A stretch of DNA of 64,000 bases, taken from assembly GCA_976226885.1 (NCBI GenBank), contig OZ320315.1, positions 35,216,001 through 35,280,000 of the forward strand. The letters run 5' to 3'. Shown piece by piece: positions 13,097-24,949 of the stretch. The number at the start of each line of letters is the position of its first letter. The stretch's first letter is position 1. Below the pieces are notes generated by a model. The model was given only the letters and a program-made list of their open reading frames with translations, did no database searches and was not told where the DNA came from. The position numbers and the translations under genes are program-made. The DNA is from Iphione sp. A-MEVVRFRX5 (Eukaryota).

Positions 13097-13250
13097 CTGT
13101 GCCGTTTTTACACGGACTGCCGGTGAGCCCGGGCGGCCGGGGCGGCGGACCTAGACGACGGAAATCCGGCCGCGGGAAACACAGGCAGGAGACGGCGCCA
13201 CTGGCGCCCGGCAGCCAGAGCCCCACAGACACCAGCATCAGCGCCACCAT
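13097..13250 (-). other. Candidate spliced exon (154 nt), coding status unknown
   Basis: Minus-strand acceptor ttttttttctctcctttggtctggttgtcAG, then ATGGTGGCG..., then donor CAG|GTAAGC. GC-rich. Only the frame starting at the first base is stop-free: MVALMLVSVGLWLPGASGAVSCLCFPRPDFRRLGPPPRPPGLTGSPCKNGT, phase-1 end. Confidence 0.5.
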
Positions 13251-16200
13251 CTGACAACCAGACCAAAGGAGAGAAAAAAAATGTAATATTGACGTTGTGT
13301 CCTGTGGATTGTGAGATTTTTGAAATGTGATAAGCATCATGTAAAGAGTGTAGGTGACTGGGTTAGCAGCCTAAGTACAGTAGAAACCCAGAAATGGACC
13401 TGAGCGTGGGACTGGACAATTTGGTCATCTGCCCCCTCCCCCACGCTGGTCACCTCAGAGGTTTGGGCAATACAATGTAACAGAAGCATGTCTGAAATTG
13501 GAAATATTAGTCTTTAGCACGCTTTGGTATCCCTTAAAGGTTGGTCTTACTATGCTGCACTTGTATACTGAAAAGTAACATGGAACATTAATTACGAGGT
13601 AAACAAAGATAATACAGGCATACCGGCGTACTGTGCTACCTATAAACAAAGAGAAATGTCATCCCACTATCAGTATCACAAGAGGAAGCAAACTAAAACT
13701 GCTGTACTGGTAAGGTTACATAGGTCATACCAACATATTTGTATACCCCGACTCTGCAGTATTTCTGGTATTTCGCCAGTAAAGCTCCTCTGATAAAAAT
13801 GTTCATCTTATATCTCACTTCGTTTGACTCGTTCGACCGTCGTTGAGATTACTTCTCGCGGGAACAATTGCAGGGAACAGAGGAGGAGGAGGAGGACGAA
13901 AGAACAGGCTCTGAGAGATCGTCGATATTTTCCTCGTCGTGGGGAAAAGGGTCGCCTCCTCAACCCCAACCCCAAGCCCCCATCCAAACTAGATCGCCCT
14001 ACGAGGAGAAATGGTTTATCTCGTGATGCAATATTCTGCTCTGAATGAGGAAAGGACACTCCAGATATTATATATATGCAACCATTTCCAGCTTACTGAA
14101 TCGTTTAGACAGCTATCTTTGTTATTCTGATGGAGTTCGGCAGCCACCGGTCAGCAGGGAAGTACGGTTAGGGCGGTGGCGTATATAGTGTACTGAATGA
14201 GGTGCTTGCCCTCCTACATTCGTTGCATGATTATAGAAACATAGGACCATCAGGGTATTTCATTACCGCCTCTTAAGAGGAGCGGTATCAAGAGCCTTTT
14301 ATCAACACATTAATATATATACTTACTGATGTGTTGTGCGAAGAGGATCTACACCTCATAAATGACAATTAATGTTTTACAACAAACTATGTGGCGCACC
14401 AAAGTATTTTTTAGGTATCGAGAGCATGCTACTCAATAAGTGTATGCTTGGAAGGTACCCAAGTTCCTGATTGAATTACAGCCCGGCAGTTAAATTGCAA
14501 GCAACCAAAGTACGGATGACTTAAAACGAAGTCCTTCAGACCGGTCCGTTGATTTGTATAGACACAAGTGTGGAAAAGAAGTGTGCACGTATTTATTGCT
14601 GCAAAATCAAAATTCCAATTTGGCAATTTTGCGTTAAGGGGCATTGCGCCTGGTGCTTTTGAATCATACGACTCGGGAAAAAATGACCCAAATTTCCATA
14701 AATTTATGGGAAGAGAGACAGACTGCCCAAGAGTGGGCTCGGGGAGAACAAGTCATGCCTCCCCGACTCTGAGAGCACCTCTCAAAAGAGGGATGAGCAC
14801 ATGTGAGTGACTGGCGATGTCGTGTAAACGCTCCCGCGGGGGAGCGCATAGCATCAACAAGCCACAGAGGTAGGGCCATAGAGGCCATTACTCAAAACGG
14901 ACGCCACGCTGATTTTTTTCTTCTTTAATGCAAATGGCCGTCCTTGGCCCTGATCTGACGGAAGAGGAAGGTCAAATTCGTAGTTAATCTCTTCTGGAAT
15001 AGAACACACCAATGCGTTTACCACGATAGGGACGTACGATGGTCCTGGTATATACTCGTGGGGAGGCGTTGATCTGTTTGCTATATTTCAAGGGCAATTC
15101 CATCTTATTAGGCGGCCGTTTACGGGAAGATGCCGTCGTCCCAAGTGCTTTCGACAATATTGCGTTAAAACACGTGTATTTTTGTCAGTAAGTCAACATT
15201 TTCATTGGAGTCTGGTACCAAACAGAGCTACCTCCCTGGGAACAAATGCACTTATTGATTCAACGATTTCTACTTAGCACTAAAAACTGCTTCTATCGTT
15301 CTCCTCCATACGAGGAGGAAGGATTCTCTTGCATATTTTAGCATTCGAGTATTGCGTTGCAATTTCCCATTGATTTATTTACGATGTAACAGCATGATAG
15401 CTGCGTTCAATTTTACACAATGCCTCTGTGTACCTGTTCGTGCACTCTTATATACGACACACCGCATCTGAATGACGCGTTATAACATACATGTATACAT
15501 TATATAACACATCGCCCTTGTCATAATATGACTTGGAATCAGTGAATTCCCCTCTCGAGTTGAGAATAACTACAACATCTCATAAACAAGTACATGTCTT
15601 GATTCTGGAATATTCTTATTCCCCACCTTATTGATAAATGAGCCCCGCTGAACCAATCACGGTCTGTTTCACATGAACGTACGTGTCCAGTCGAGCGGGA
15701 ATTCAGGTATGGTAGACATGAAATAGACGGGGACATTTTTTTAAACCAAAATGTTTGCGTCGGACGCGAGAACCAGGACGAGTGAACTTCAGTTGACTAA
15801 GCATGACTGATATGCAAACCACTGAAAAAGTATTAGTGTTGCAAGTCCGTTTCTATTGATTTAACCTATATTAGAAAACAACCAAGTAATATGCAGGTGT
15901 GGACTTTTGCAACCTGTTGTGTGTCTGTGAAAGTCCTTCTGTGTTCTGTCTCTTTACATATATACATTATATGCCTGAAGCTCGTGGAGGCTAGAATTAA
16001 AAGTGTTCTCGCCTACGAAAAAAAGAACACCCAACTAACTTGGCAACGAGTCACGAAACACCTTGGTCAGTCTTGGTACCTAGGGCTGAAATAGCCAGGC
16101 TAACCTCGCGTGTCAACATCCTTGTTGCCCGTGGTCGGGCGGCGAGTCTTGTCCAGGCCGTGTGGCTGCCCGGTCAGTAGCAATTCTCCACTTCTCTTTG

Positions 16201-16483
16201 GCGCAAGTGATGTTAACGTCCGTCTCCATCACCACACAACCCTGGAAGGTCCGCCGCCCCCCCCCCCCCACGCCCGCCCCCGTCAACTCCCAGCTTGGAG
16301 CCGCTATTGCCGACAGGGCTGATAACATCTCTCATGTCGCGGGAGAGTCAATACACCACAAGCAGCTTCCCCGCCTCAAAAGTGCCCTTCAGTGCGGCGT
16401 TTCTCTAATCAGAGAAAATCGTATCGCTTCCTACGGACGCCTACGCACAGGACGCCATTTTAGAGACTGGCTAAATTTAACAG

Positions 16484-16541
16484 ACACACACACACAGATA
16501 CAGACAGACACACAAACACAAACACACACACATGCACACAC
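16484..16541. repeat. Degenerate CA-rich microsatellite
   Basis: cacacacacacagatacagacagacacacaaacacaaacacacacacatgcacacac. Confidence 0.85.
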
Positions 16542-19500
16542 GGGACTGATAGTCTCCTATACACCACTGCACGGCGAGAGCTATCAAAAACAGCGACTCG
16601 ATTGGTTCTATTGATCCATCCATAAATGATGGGGGGGGGGAAGTATTCAAACAATTGCATACATTTATTTCACACCTTCTCGATGTGTAGGACGACTAGC
16701 AGCAGTATACGGGTTGAAAAATGAGCTTTCACTAAAAGTGCGTTGCAATGGAATGCATACATGGCGCAAGAAAACGCATGCACCTATGACTGAAGGGGAC
16801 GGGATTTTGTAGATCGTCAGTGCTGTTTGTCTCTATTGGAAAATGAAGAAGTCTGAATTTCAATTGAAGTCATCGAGCAGAATCAATACCTTAATGTAGA
16901 CTGATGACTCTGTGGGGAGCCATCACCATCGGTAGTCTAGTGCCAGCTGCCCGAGTCTGTCATCTGTAATATGCTTCGCTACCATACGGCGAGCATTAAC
17001 TCCCGCGTCAAGACAAGGCGGGGCCAAATAAAAACAGACAGACAGATCTCCAGCTTCAAAAGACCATTTCCAACGCCAAGGCAAGGTGCAATGGGTGCTG
17101 ATTTGCGCCACACTTTTTCATCATTACACGCAGCGCGTGATTTGGAGCGGTTTCTTGTGTTCCGCGGGGTCTTTTGAAAAAAAAATCCTGATAATTTCTC
17201 ACAGATCGCGGAAGGCTGAATTATTCAGGCTCTGGCAGATATGATTGATTCGATCGGCGAAACGCCACCGATATTAATGGTCGTCGGCTGTAATTATCTA
17301 TTCATCCCAACAGTAATTAGTGGTATCAGCGATGGGCGACAAAACCGAACCCCTACAGACACGCCTGGGAAAAAAGACAAACATAACCCGGTGGGTTGTA
17401 GTCAGCTGGGTAGGCAAGGCGCCCGTTTTTATGGGACACACAATTGTCACTCAATAATTCAGAAAGTCCCTCCGACCACGTGGCCCGCAAGAGCCAGTGG
17501 CATTGAGTCACGTGACCGTCATCAAGGTGCGGTGAAATCAAAGATGGCAAGCATGCGACAATCCACATTAAGGCCTAGGGTCAAAACCAAAAAAAAAAAA
17601 GTTGGGCTCCGCTGAGTCGGAAGATTTAGAAATACGTATCTATATATCTGTGGATGAGACCATCTATAGACAAAACGATCCTATGATCACATGACTTTGT
17701 CATTTGCTCCATCAATTATACACCGTATTAAAATTAAAGCTGCCTCGTTAGTCACAGAACACAATGGTTTCGTGTCTGGTTATTAGAGAATGCCAGAGAA
17801 TCAATCATACTAGAAAGATGGGTTCTCTTTTGAAAAGAAGCAATTGTTGTCAGAAAGAAATCTGCGTAGGAGTAAATATGCCGTCCAGGATGCAATTTGC
17901 TATATGTCTTCCTGTTGGTAGATGTTTAAACTTAAGTCTGGAGGGTAAATTTAACATGTGTGCTGACAATTGATATCAATATACTTGTATATGCATATCG
18001 ATATGTATGTGGCCAAGGCCCTGGGCCAAAATACGACAGTCTGAATGAAAATAAACATGGTGCAGGTAGAGTCCATAGTTAACATTATCGACCTTGGCAT
18101 GCAGCTACAGCTGCTTTCACTGGTTTGATTCAATGTCCCACGCCAGTACGTCATTCTGGGAAGTTTTCTTGAATAATTTACACCATATAGCTAAATTCAA
18201 ACAAGGAAGCGATACCACTATAGTATATAATGTACCCGACAAGCCTGTGGCATCACGGCGCATTTCGATTCTATAGTCAACATTATCGATGTTTCCGAGT
18301 AACTACATGTATTTTCAATAGAATTGTTGGGAGAGAAATAATACTGATTGCAATGTATAGTCCTTACCTTTACCGCCGCCGTAGTCATGCTGACTGGGCC
18401 TGGTTCTCATGGCGCCACAAGGTAAGTCAATATGGATGATTAATCCCACGCAAAAGAGATTCAGCGGCTAAATGTTACGCAATACCTCCTGCCCCGGAGA
18501 AGATCATGGTGTAACTGCAGCAACCAGTCTACGTACAATAGTTGCTGACGTTATTATACTTGGTTGGCTACCAAGCTGCTGCTATCTGTCCAGTGGACGG
18601 ACTTGGTCACGATTCTGTTTTTGGGCGTTGCCAAATTCCGAACGCGTGTTCATCGGAAGTAACACAATCGTTGGGCTCGACACGATCTCGTTTCTGTGAC
18701 CTTCTAAATAACAATGCAGGCAGGCTAATGAGCTCGGGTATAGCTGCTCGGACTTGCTCGGAGCTACTCGGGCGCTTCTCGGGAGCTGCTCGCACTTCTG
18801 GCTAGATTACCAGTCTGACCTCCTGCGTATGGCCCCTCTGTGGGCCGTGTCTAATCGGGTACCTGCGTGTAACGGCCGGCCGAACGGCGGCGGCTGCATG
18901 GGGCCTGCCCAGACTTCACCAGCATCTCCTGACTGCTTCCCTGATGAGGGGAACCTCCTCGGATGGATCGTTTACAGGTCGGCTTGCCCTTCCTCGCCTT
19001 TGTTCCTGGGGCAGCCCCGGTAAAATGAGAAGAATGATACTTATTGCGCACACCTGCAGCTTCGGCCTCGAGCGAGTGTTTCCCCCACTTGCCATCTATA
19101 AGATCAAACGGTCGCAGTTGTCACAGAAATTTCGTGTGATTCCTGAGTTTTTTTCCTTTGATTATTTTTTGGACGTCAGCACGCCACTCGGGGAATTTTC
19201 CTTATTACTGAAGCCTTAATTAAATCTAAATGAGAAAGCGATGCAGAGAAACATATGAAGAAGGTTCACGTGTACAGTGAGTGATCCACGTATATGTACT
19301 ACTAACCACCATCTCCCTAACATAGCGGCCAAGTGGTTTCTGTATAACGGCACATCTCACATATAACTCATCAGAGGTAATCCCATCTCTTCATCACAGC
19401 GCAGACAATCGGTAGCGTGCCCCTATTTAGTCCACAGAACAGAGTGAGGGGTTCGGGTTTGCGGCGCTCATGCACAGGTAATCCCAGAAGTTAATCTAGT

Positions 19501-20084
19501 AGCTCCATAGACCGTCGAGATGTATATTATAAAAGAGCAGAAGCTTGCCAACTCGTCAGTTTGATACCTGGCATTGGCTGTGTGTTCCCTGAATGTAATT
19601 ACACTTGGCAAACACCATCGTAGTAGCCGACAGCTGTCAGTTTGGGCTGCGAGTATAATACCGGCTACACCTGTTAAGTGGGAACTGGTTTTTGTTTCTT
19701 CTATGGCCTGCGGTGGTAATAATGGAGGTCTGCTATATATGTGGTGTCATCGAGGATCCCGCTGAGCAGGTAGTGGGAGTTAAGAAGCCATGTGGCTCGC
19801 TGTGGCGAAACTTCCGCGCATTGTATATCGCGTCGCGGTCTCGTCACGAGTGGCGCTGTCTGACGACTGGCCTGCTGAGGATATGTATGTGTGCCAGGTT
19901 AGGGTTGACTCTACTGCCCACCGCTCTCCTAACCATCTGTTAACCCGCCCTTGCATGCCCTATACTACAAATGGTCGACCGGCAAGCACACGCAAACACA
20001 CACTGGAGGGACACGTGACGGACAGACAGAGAGGTAGACAGCAGACTGAGGCAGTAATAAGCTATAAAGTGAGAGACAGCATGC

Positions 20085-20120
<36 letters not shown>

Positions 20121-20218
20121 GAGAGAGAGGAGGGGGGGCAAAGAGAAGGGGGTGAAAAGAGAAGGAGAGAGAGAGAGTTGAGGCGTGTATGTATGTATGT
20201 ATGTATGTGTATGTATGT
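20085..20218. repeat. Compound microsatellite block: (GACA)7, (GA)n, (GTAT)n
   Basis: GACA run 20091-20118, GA runs either side, GTAT run 20187-20218. Confidence 0.92.
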
Positions 20219-20948
20219 ACATTTATGTGTGTATGTTGATGGGCGGGGAGACGACGGGGTTGTAGATGGAGATGGTGGTGGTCGTGAGAAAGAACGTCCA
20301 GAGCTCAAGTCGATGCCGACCCCCTTGAGGTGCGGACAGTGCGGACAGGCTATATAGGCAGCTTCCGAAATCCGCGGCCAGACGGGCCAGACAGGCGAGT
20401 GGGTCCGGCCGCGTCCATGCAGTAGGGAGAGGCTGAAGGAAAAGGAGAGGGAGCTGGGTCGAGGGGGGGGGGAGAGGGGGAGGGAGGAGCATAGCAACCG
20501 GCACAGACTGACGATCGATGTGGGTCCACTGCCGTGCGCCTGATGGCTAGTCTATTCACACGTAAAGTCGAAATCGATAGTGACACGACGAGTCGCGGTC
20601 AGAAACTGGCGGTCGTCATGCACAACTTCGCTTCCTACACTCCCCCGCCCCCCGCCCCCCTTTGCGCTACTTTGTGTTCATCATGACCTCGCCGAAGCAT
20701 CCCTCCGACAGAGTCCTGCTTTCTCTTCCTGTTTATTTCTTTTTCTCATCTTTGAGTCATCTGTCATTCCACACCCCACACCCCACCCTCCGCCCTCCCC
20801 CCCCCTCGACAGACATGCTTGTTTCCGTCAGATCGTATCTCTCTCCATTTCTCATCAGGGTCCATTCTTATCCATCTTATCCGCCAATGTCGTTATATAT
20901 TAAACATTCTTACATGATCCATCACTTCCTCCGATGCAACCAATGTTT

Positions 20949-20960
<12 letters not shown>

Positions 20961-20983
<23 letters not shown>
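20961..20983. repeat. (AT)n microsatellite
   Basis: 23-bp AT run following an AC run. Confidence 0.95.
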
Positions 20984-23900
20984 AATTCCAGTCTGGATCC
21001 GTTGTCCCTTGGGAATTCGAAATAAGTGGCCAGATGTATTAATCACCACGGACGGAATTAGCGTGGTGTTGTAATCAATGATGTAATAACTAATACGTTC
21101 TTAAAAACGCCGGGAGTACGTTCGCTTACCGGATGTAACTAGCAATATGCCGATGAGGTATTAGTATAGTTGATGCCTAAGCTAGGTAATCATAATTACA
21201 CGTATCTTGAATACTCTGCTGTCACTATGGGTGAAAAAGAATTCTGTATGATTTACACGGTTGTCTAATTACGAATCATACAAGTATGAGACATGCTTTG
21301 TTTGTAACAAATGAAAAATTCACGTGCGCACTTTTCTCTCTAATCAAATGATGGAAATATAAATGGACTAGTTCTGGTGAACTACAGGAAACTACAATGA
21401 CAATAAGGCTTGTGAATCGCCCTAATGATGGTTTATTGGAAAACGTATAGAATATATACACGTCTACTTGTATACAGACATGCGACAGGGAAATTACAGA
21501 CAGGAATCGGTCTATTATACTTGGCCAAATGTCAAGTTTTTTGTGGCAGGTGCGCCACAGACTATTGTTAACATGTGACCCATCAGATTAGTAATTAAAT
21601 TAGCTATTATTTACACGTGGAGGGTAGTGTGCCGGCTTCATGCTTTTTTTATATGCTTTGTCTGGGGAAAAATAGTGGTCAGGGCGATGATTATTACTTC
21701 GTAGCTGATTAAGCTACAGGGAGGACGATAGAGCATGTATTTGACTAAATAGCAACGATATCGAATGCAGGTCAACTATTTCCAAGCCGCACGATTTCAA
21801 CAAACAAGAACGAGTGTAACTGAACAGACAACCACATCAAAGTACAAATTACATGCCCCGCGAGTCCAAAACTTTGGAAAGGTAATCTCATGCAGTATTT
21901 GGTTGGTAACAATTGCACTGCACCGAGCGAACCGGATATTTTTTCCTCCTTAAATTCATCACTAAACATTATCGCTGAACATAGGGGTTAGTTTCCGCTC
22001 TCTGATCCATTGTCGACCGCGGTTCTTTGTGATCTCCCCCCCCGCCTCCCGCGCACATGAAATAAACATCTGATAAATAAAACTCTTGCATCAGGGTTTA
22101 CTGAGACCGGGGAGTAATGAACGTCTGTTGTTTTTATGGCGGCCGCGCTTTATAGTAATTTCAGGTGCAAACCGTGATTATTTCATAGACGAAAATCAGT
22201 CCTCCAACTTTGAATCGCGTGACTGGAACCTTTCTCGAAATAGGGGTGGGAGTGGGGGGGGGGGGAAGGGGGGGTCGTTGTATCCCCCCTTTTGCTGAAA
22301 TGGATAGACGAGAGTGGCTCATGGAGCAGCTCTTTGCGATGATCAGTGAGGGAGGCAGAGGCTGGCGATTGCGCTGATCAGAACATTAAAGTTGCATGCA
22401 GTGCTCCGTCGTGAGCTGTCACCGAGTAGCATACTGGATAGCACAAAGAGAAAGAGTGAGTGAGAGCTCGTGGGAAGGGGGTGGGGGGGTGGAGAGGAAT
22501 GGCAGACAGAAGGTTCATGAAAGCCCCCCCCCCCGCTCCCTCTCCTCTCACTGTGATCCAACGGGGGCCGCCACTGCAACACAGTCAGCCGTGATGAGGT
22601 TTGATACAATAAAACAAAACGACGGTTTTATAAAACAGCATCAGCCAGAATAGCACGGCATGCTCATGAACCACTGATTACACTGAGTTGTGTACATTGG
22701 TTTTATTAGGCTTTTATGACAGGATTGACCGTCTATGGCGTGTGCCTAATGGCTATGGATGGTAAACTATGAGAGCCCATTGAAATACATGTAGTATTCA
22801 TATCCATTATCTGACGGAGGATGGCGGAAATGATGAACATTTCCCCCCCAGGCCATACAAATGTTCTTTTTTTGGATTGTTTAACTTGTTTTCGACAGCT
22901 CCACTCGCTATTTTAGTACACGTATATGAAGAAACTTTCCATACAGTCTGTCCATAACCGTCCTTAAAAAGAGATCAACATCAAGAGCGGACATATCCAT
23001 AAATGTATGAAGATCGATAGCTCCTCATAGTGCATCTATACATTACTTTGACTAATATCCAAACCTGTTTACAAAATGGAAGCAAAAAAAGCAAAATATT
23101 TTGGTCGTATCAAATGTTCTAACAGATCGTTAAAAAAAATATGGTTAGGATAGAGTTTTTCGTGTCAGGTTGCTACTTCCATACTTGACGACAACAGCTT
23201 CCCTTGTGTGTGTGTGTGTCACGGTCTGCGGATGCCGTGTACAGTGAGAGGCCCGCATATACTGGGAGGGGCAATAGTCTTTCCCGGCCATATTCATGTA
23301 TGTACATGCGGCAGGATCCACGGGTCACTATGTTGAGGCCACACAGTACGGATCAACTTTCCATTGTGACCCAGTTCCTCATCTAGCACTTAATTGATCA
23401 GTGTGTGTCTGTGTGTGTGTGAGAGTGTGGTTGTATGTGATGTGGTTGGGAGAAACCGAAGCATAACGTTTCCGTGGCGTTAGATCGTGTTCCACATCTC
23501 CGATCGAGTACTTTCTGTTCACTCTGTTCCCTTTAAAAGAAGCCGATGTTAAGATGTAGGCATCAATATTACAGAATAAACATATCATCCCAGCGGTATG
23601 TTTTTGCATGCTTTGTAACGTGAGGTTTTATCTAAGTATACCTGAATCTATTATTTGAGGTGCCGATTGTAGCAGTCATTTGTCTGAGGATTAAATGCGT
23701 TTGCCGGTAGAGGTAAATGTGTTTTGGCTTCATCTGCATAAATCTCAAGTAAAAAAAGGGAGTGGGCTTAGTGCCAAGGGGAAGCGTTTTTTATAGCACA
23801 CTCATTGTTTACTTGGCAACGGATGAAACAGAAAGAAAAGTAACAATAGAACTGGCCAAGGCAAATCATTATACATCGTGTTTTTTTTTTAAATTCAATG

Positions 23901-24949
23901 AATCAAAAGGTAAATTTGCGAAACCCAAAGCCAACCTTAGGGAAACATTCGACCTGTACTGGTGCTACCATGGTGACAGCATTGAAACTGCATCGGAAAT
24001 CATTAGATCAGTCTCAGTCTTTTCTCACAAAGACTCCCCGTTGTTAGATCTTTGATAAAAGACTAAGCTGACTCCCTAACCTCAAGCCTGGTTCCTTTAA
24101 AAGCCCATCTCTAGCCAAGGGTGTGGATTTTGACGTGCGTCTTGGAAACGATTCGTCATTCTATAATGCCGACCTGATCAGTTAACATCGAAGGTGTTGG
24201 TGAAAAAAAAACACAAAATAATGATCACTACAGACAGCTGAACAATAGATCTAGGTCAGACTCGGCGGAGTCTATTGATCAGCGTCCACAAGTCATGATT
24301 TGGTAGAGTTGGCTTAGCTTTCTTCTCTTTTTTCCCTTTTATTCCACTTGGGGAGCTAGCATGAAATTCTACCAGTGGCAGGCTGTCGATACGAAATAAG
24401 GTGAAGAAAAATTCGACTCCGGCTCTATCGCAGACAAAGAGTGGAGCCGTTGCCATGACGAAAACTAACCCGGACTTGACCTTATACTTTGATGTGGTGT
24501 ACATGTTTACATTTGGTTTGTGCTCCAAATGCACCTTAATTGCTGTCACTTGGCGAATTAATTGGTGAATTATGAAGCGCCAAGTGAAATAGGTTCCTCT
24601 TCCAAGTGAGGTTCTCTGCACCAAACGTACCACTTGGATTAGCAATATAATTGGTACCTTCAGGAAAATGGCACATGTGAAGTGTATAGAGTGCACCATT
24701 TGTCATACGTGTAGGCTGCCAATAATAAACACTACACCTTAAAGACTGTTATTATGCTCTTAACGTTCTTTGTTAACACGGACGGGAAGTGTAAAATGTT
24801 TAGATATTTTCAATTAAGTAAATTTATATCTCTGGGAAAACATCTTTGGAGAGAAAATGTTTCAGATGCGTTGTAGTTCGTTTCTCTTTCTCAGTGAATC
24901 CATTCAGACAATGGACTTTTAAAATACATGTAGTCCATTAGTTTGAATA

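Noticed and set aside
13097-13120. SPCKNG, resembling the start of an EGF domain
   Set aside because: The preceding first cysteine is absent and the exon ends mid-motif.
24365-24377. 13-nt match (minus strand CACTGGTAGAATT) to the body of miR-183
   Set aside because: The seed differs and no complementary arm forms a hairpin. A 13-nt hit is expected by chance when scanning many miRNAs.
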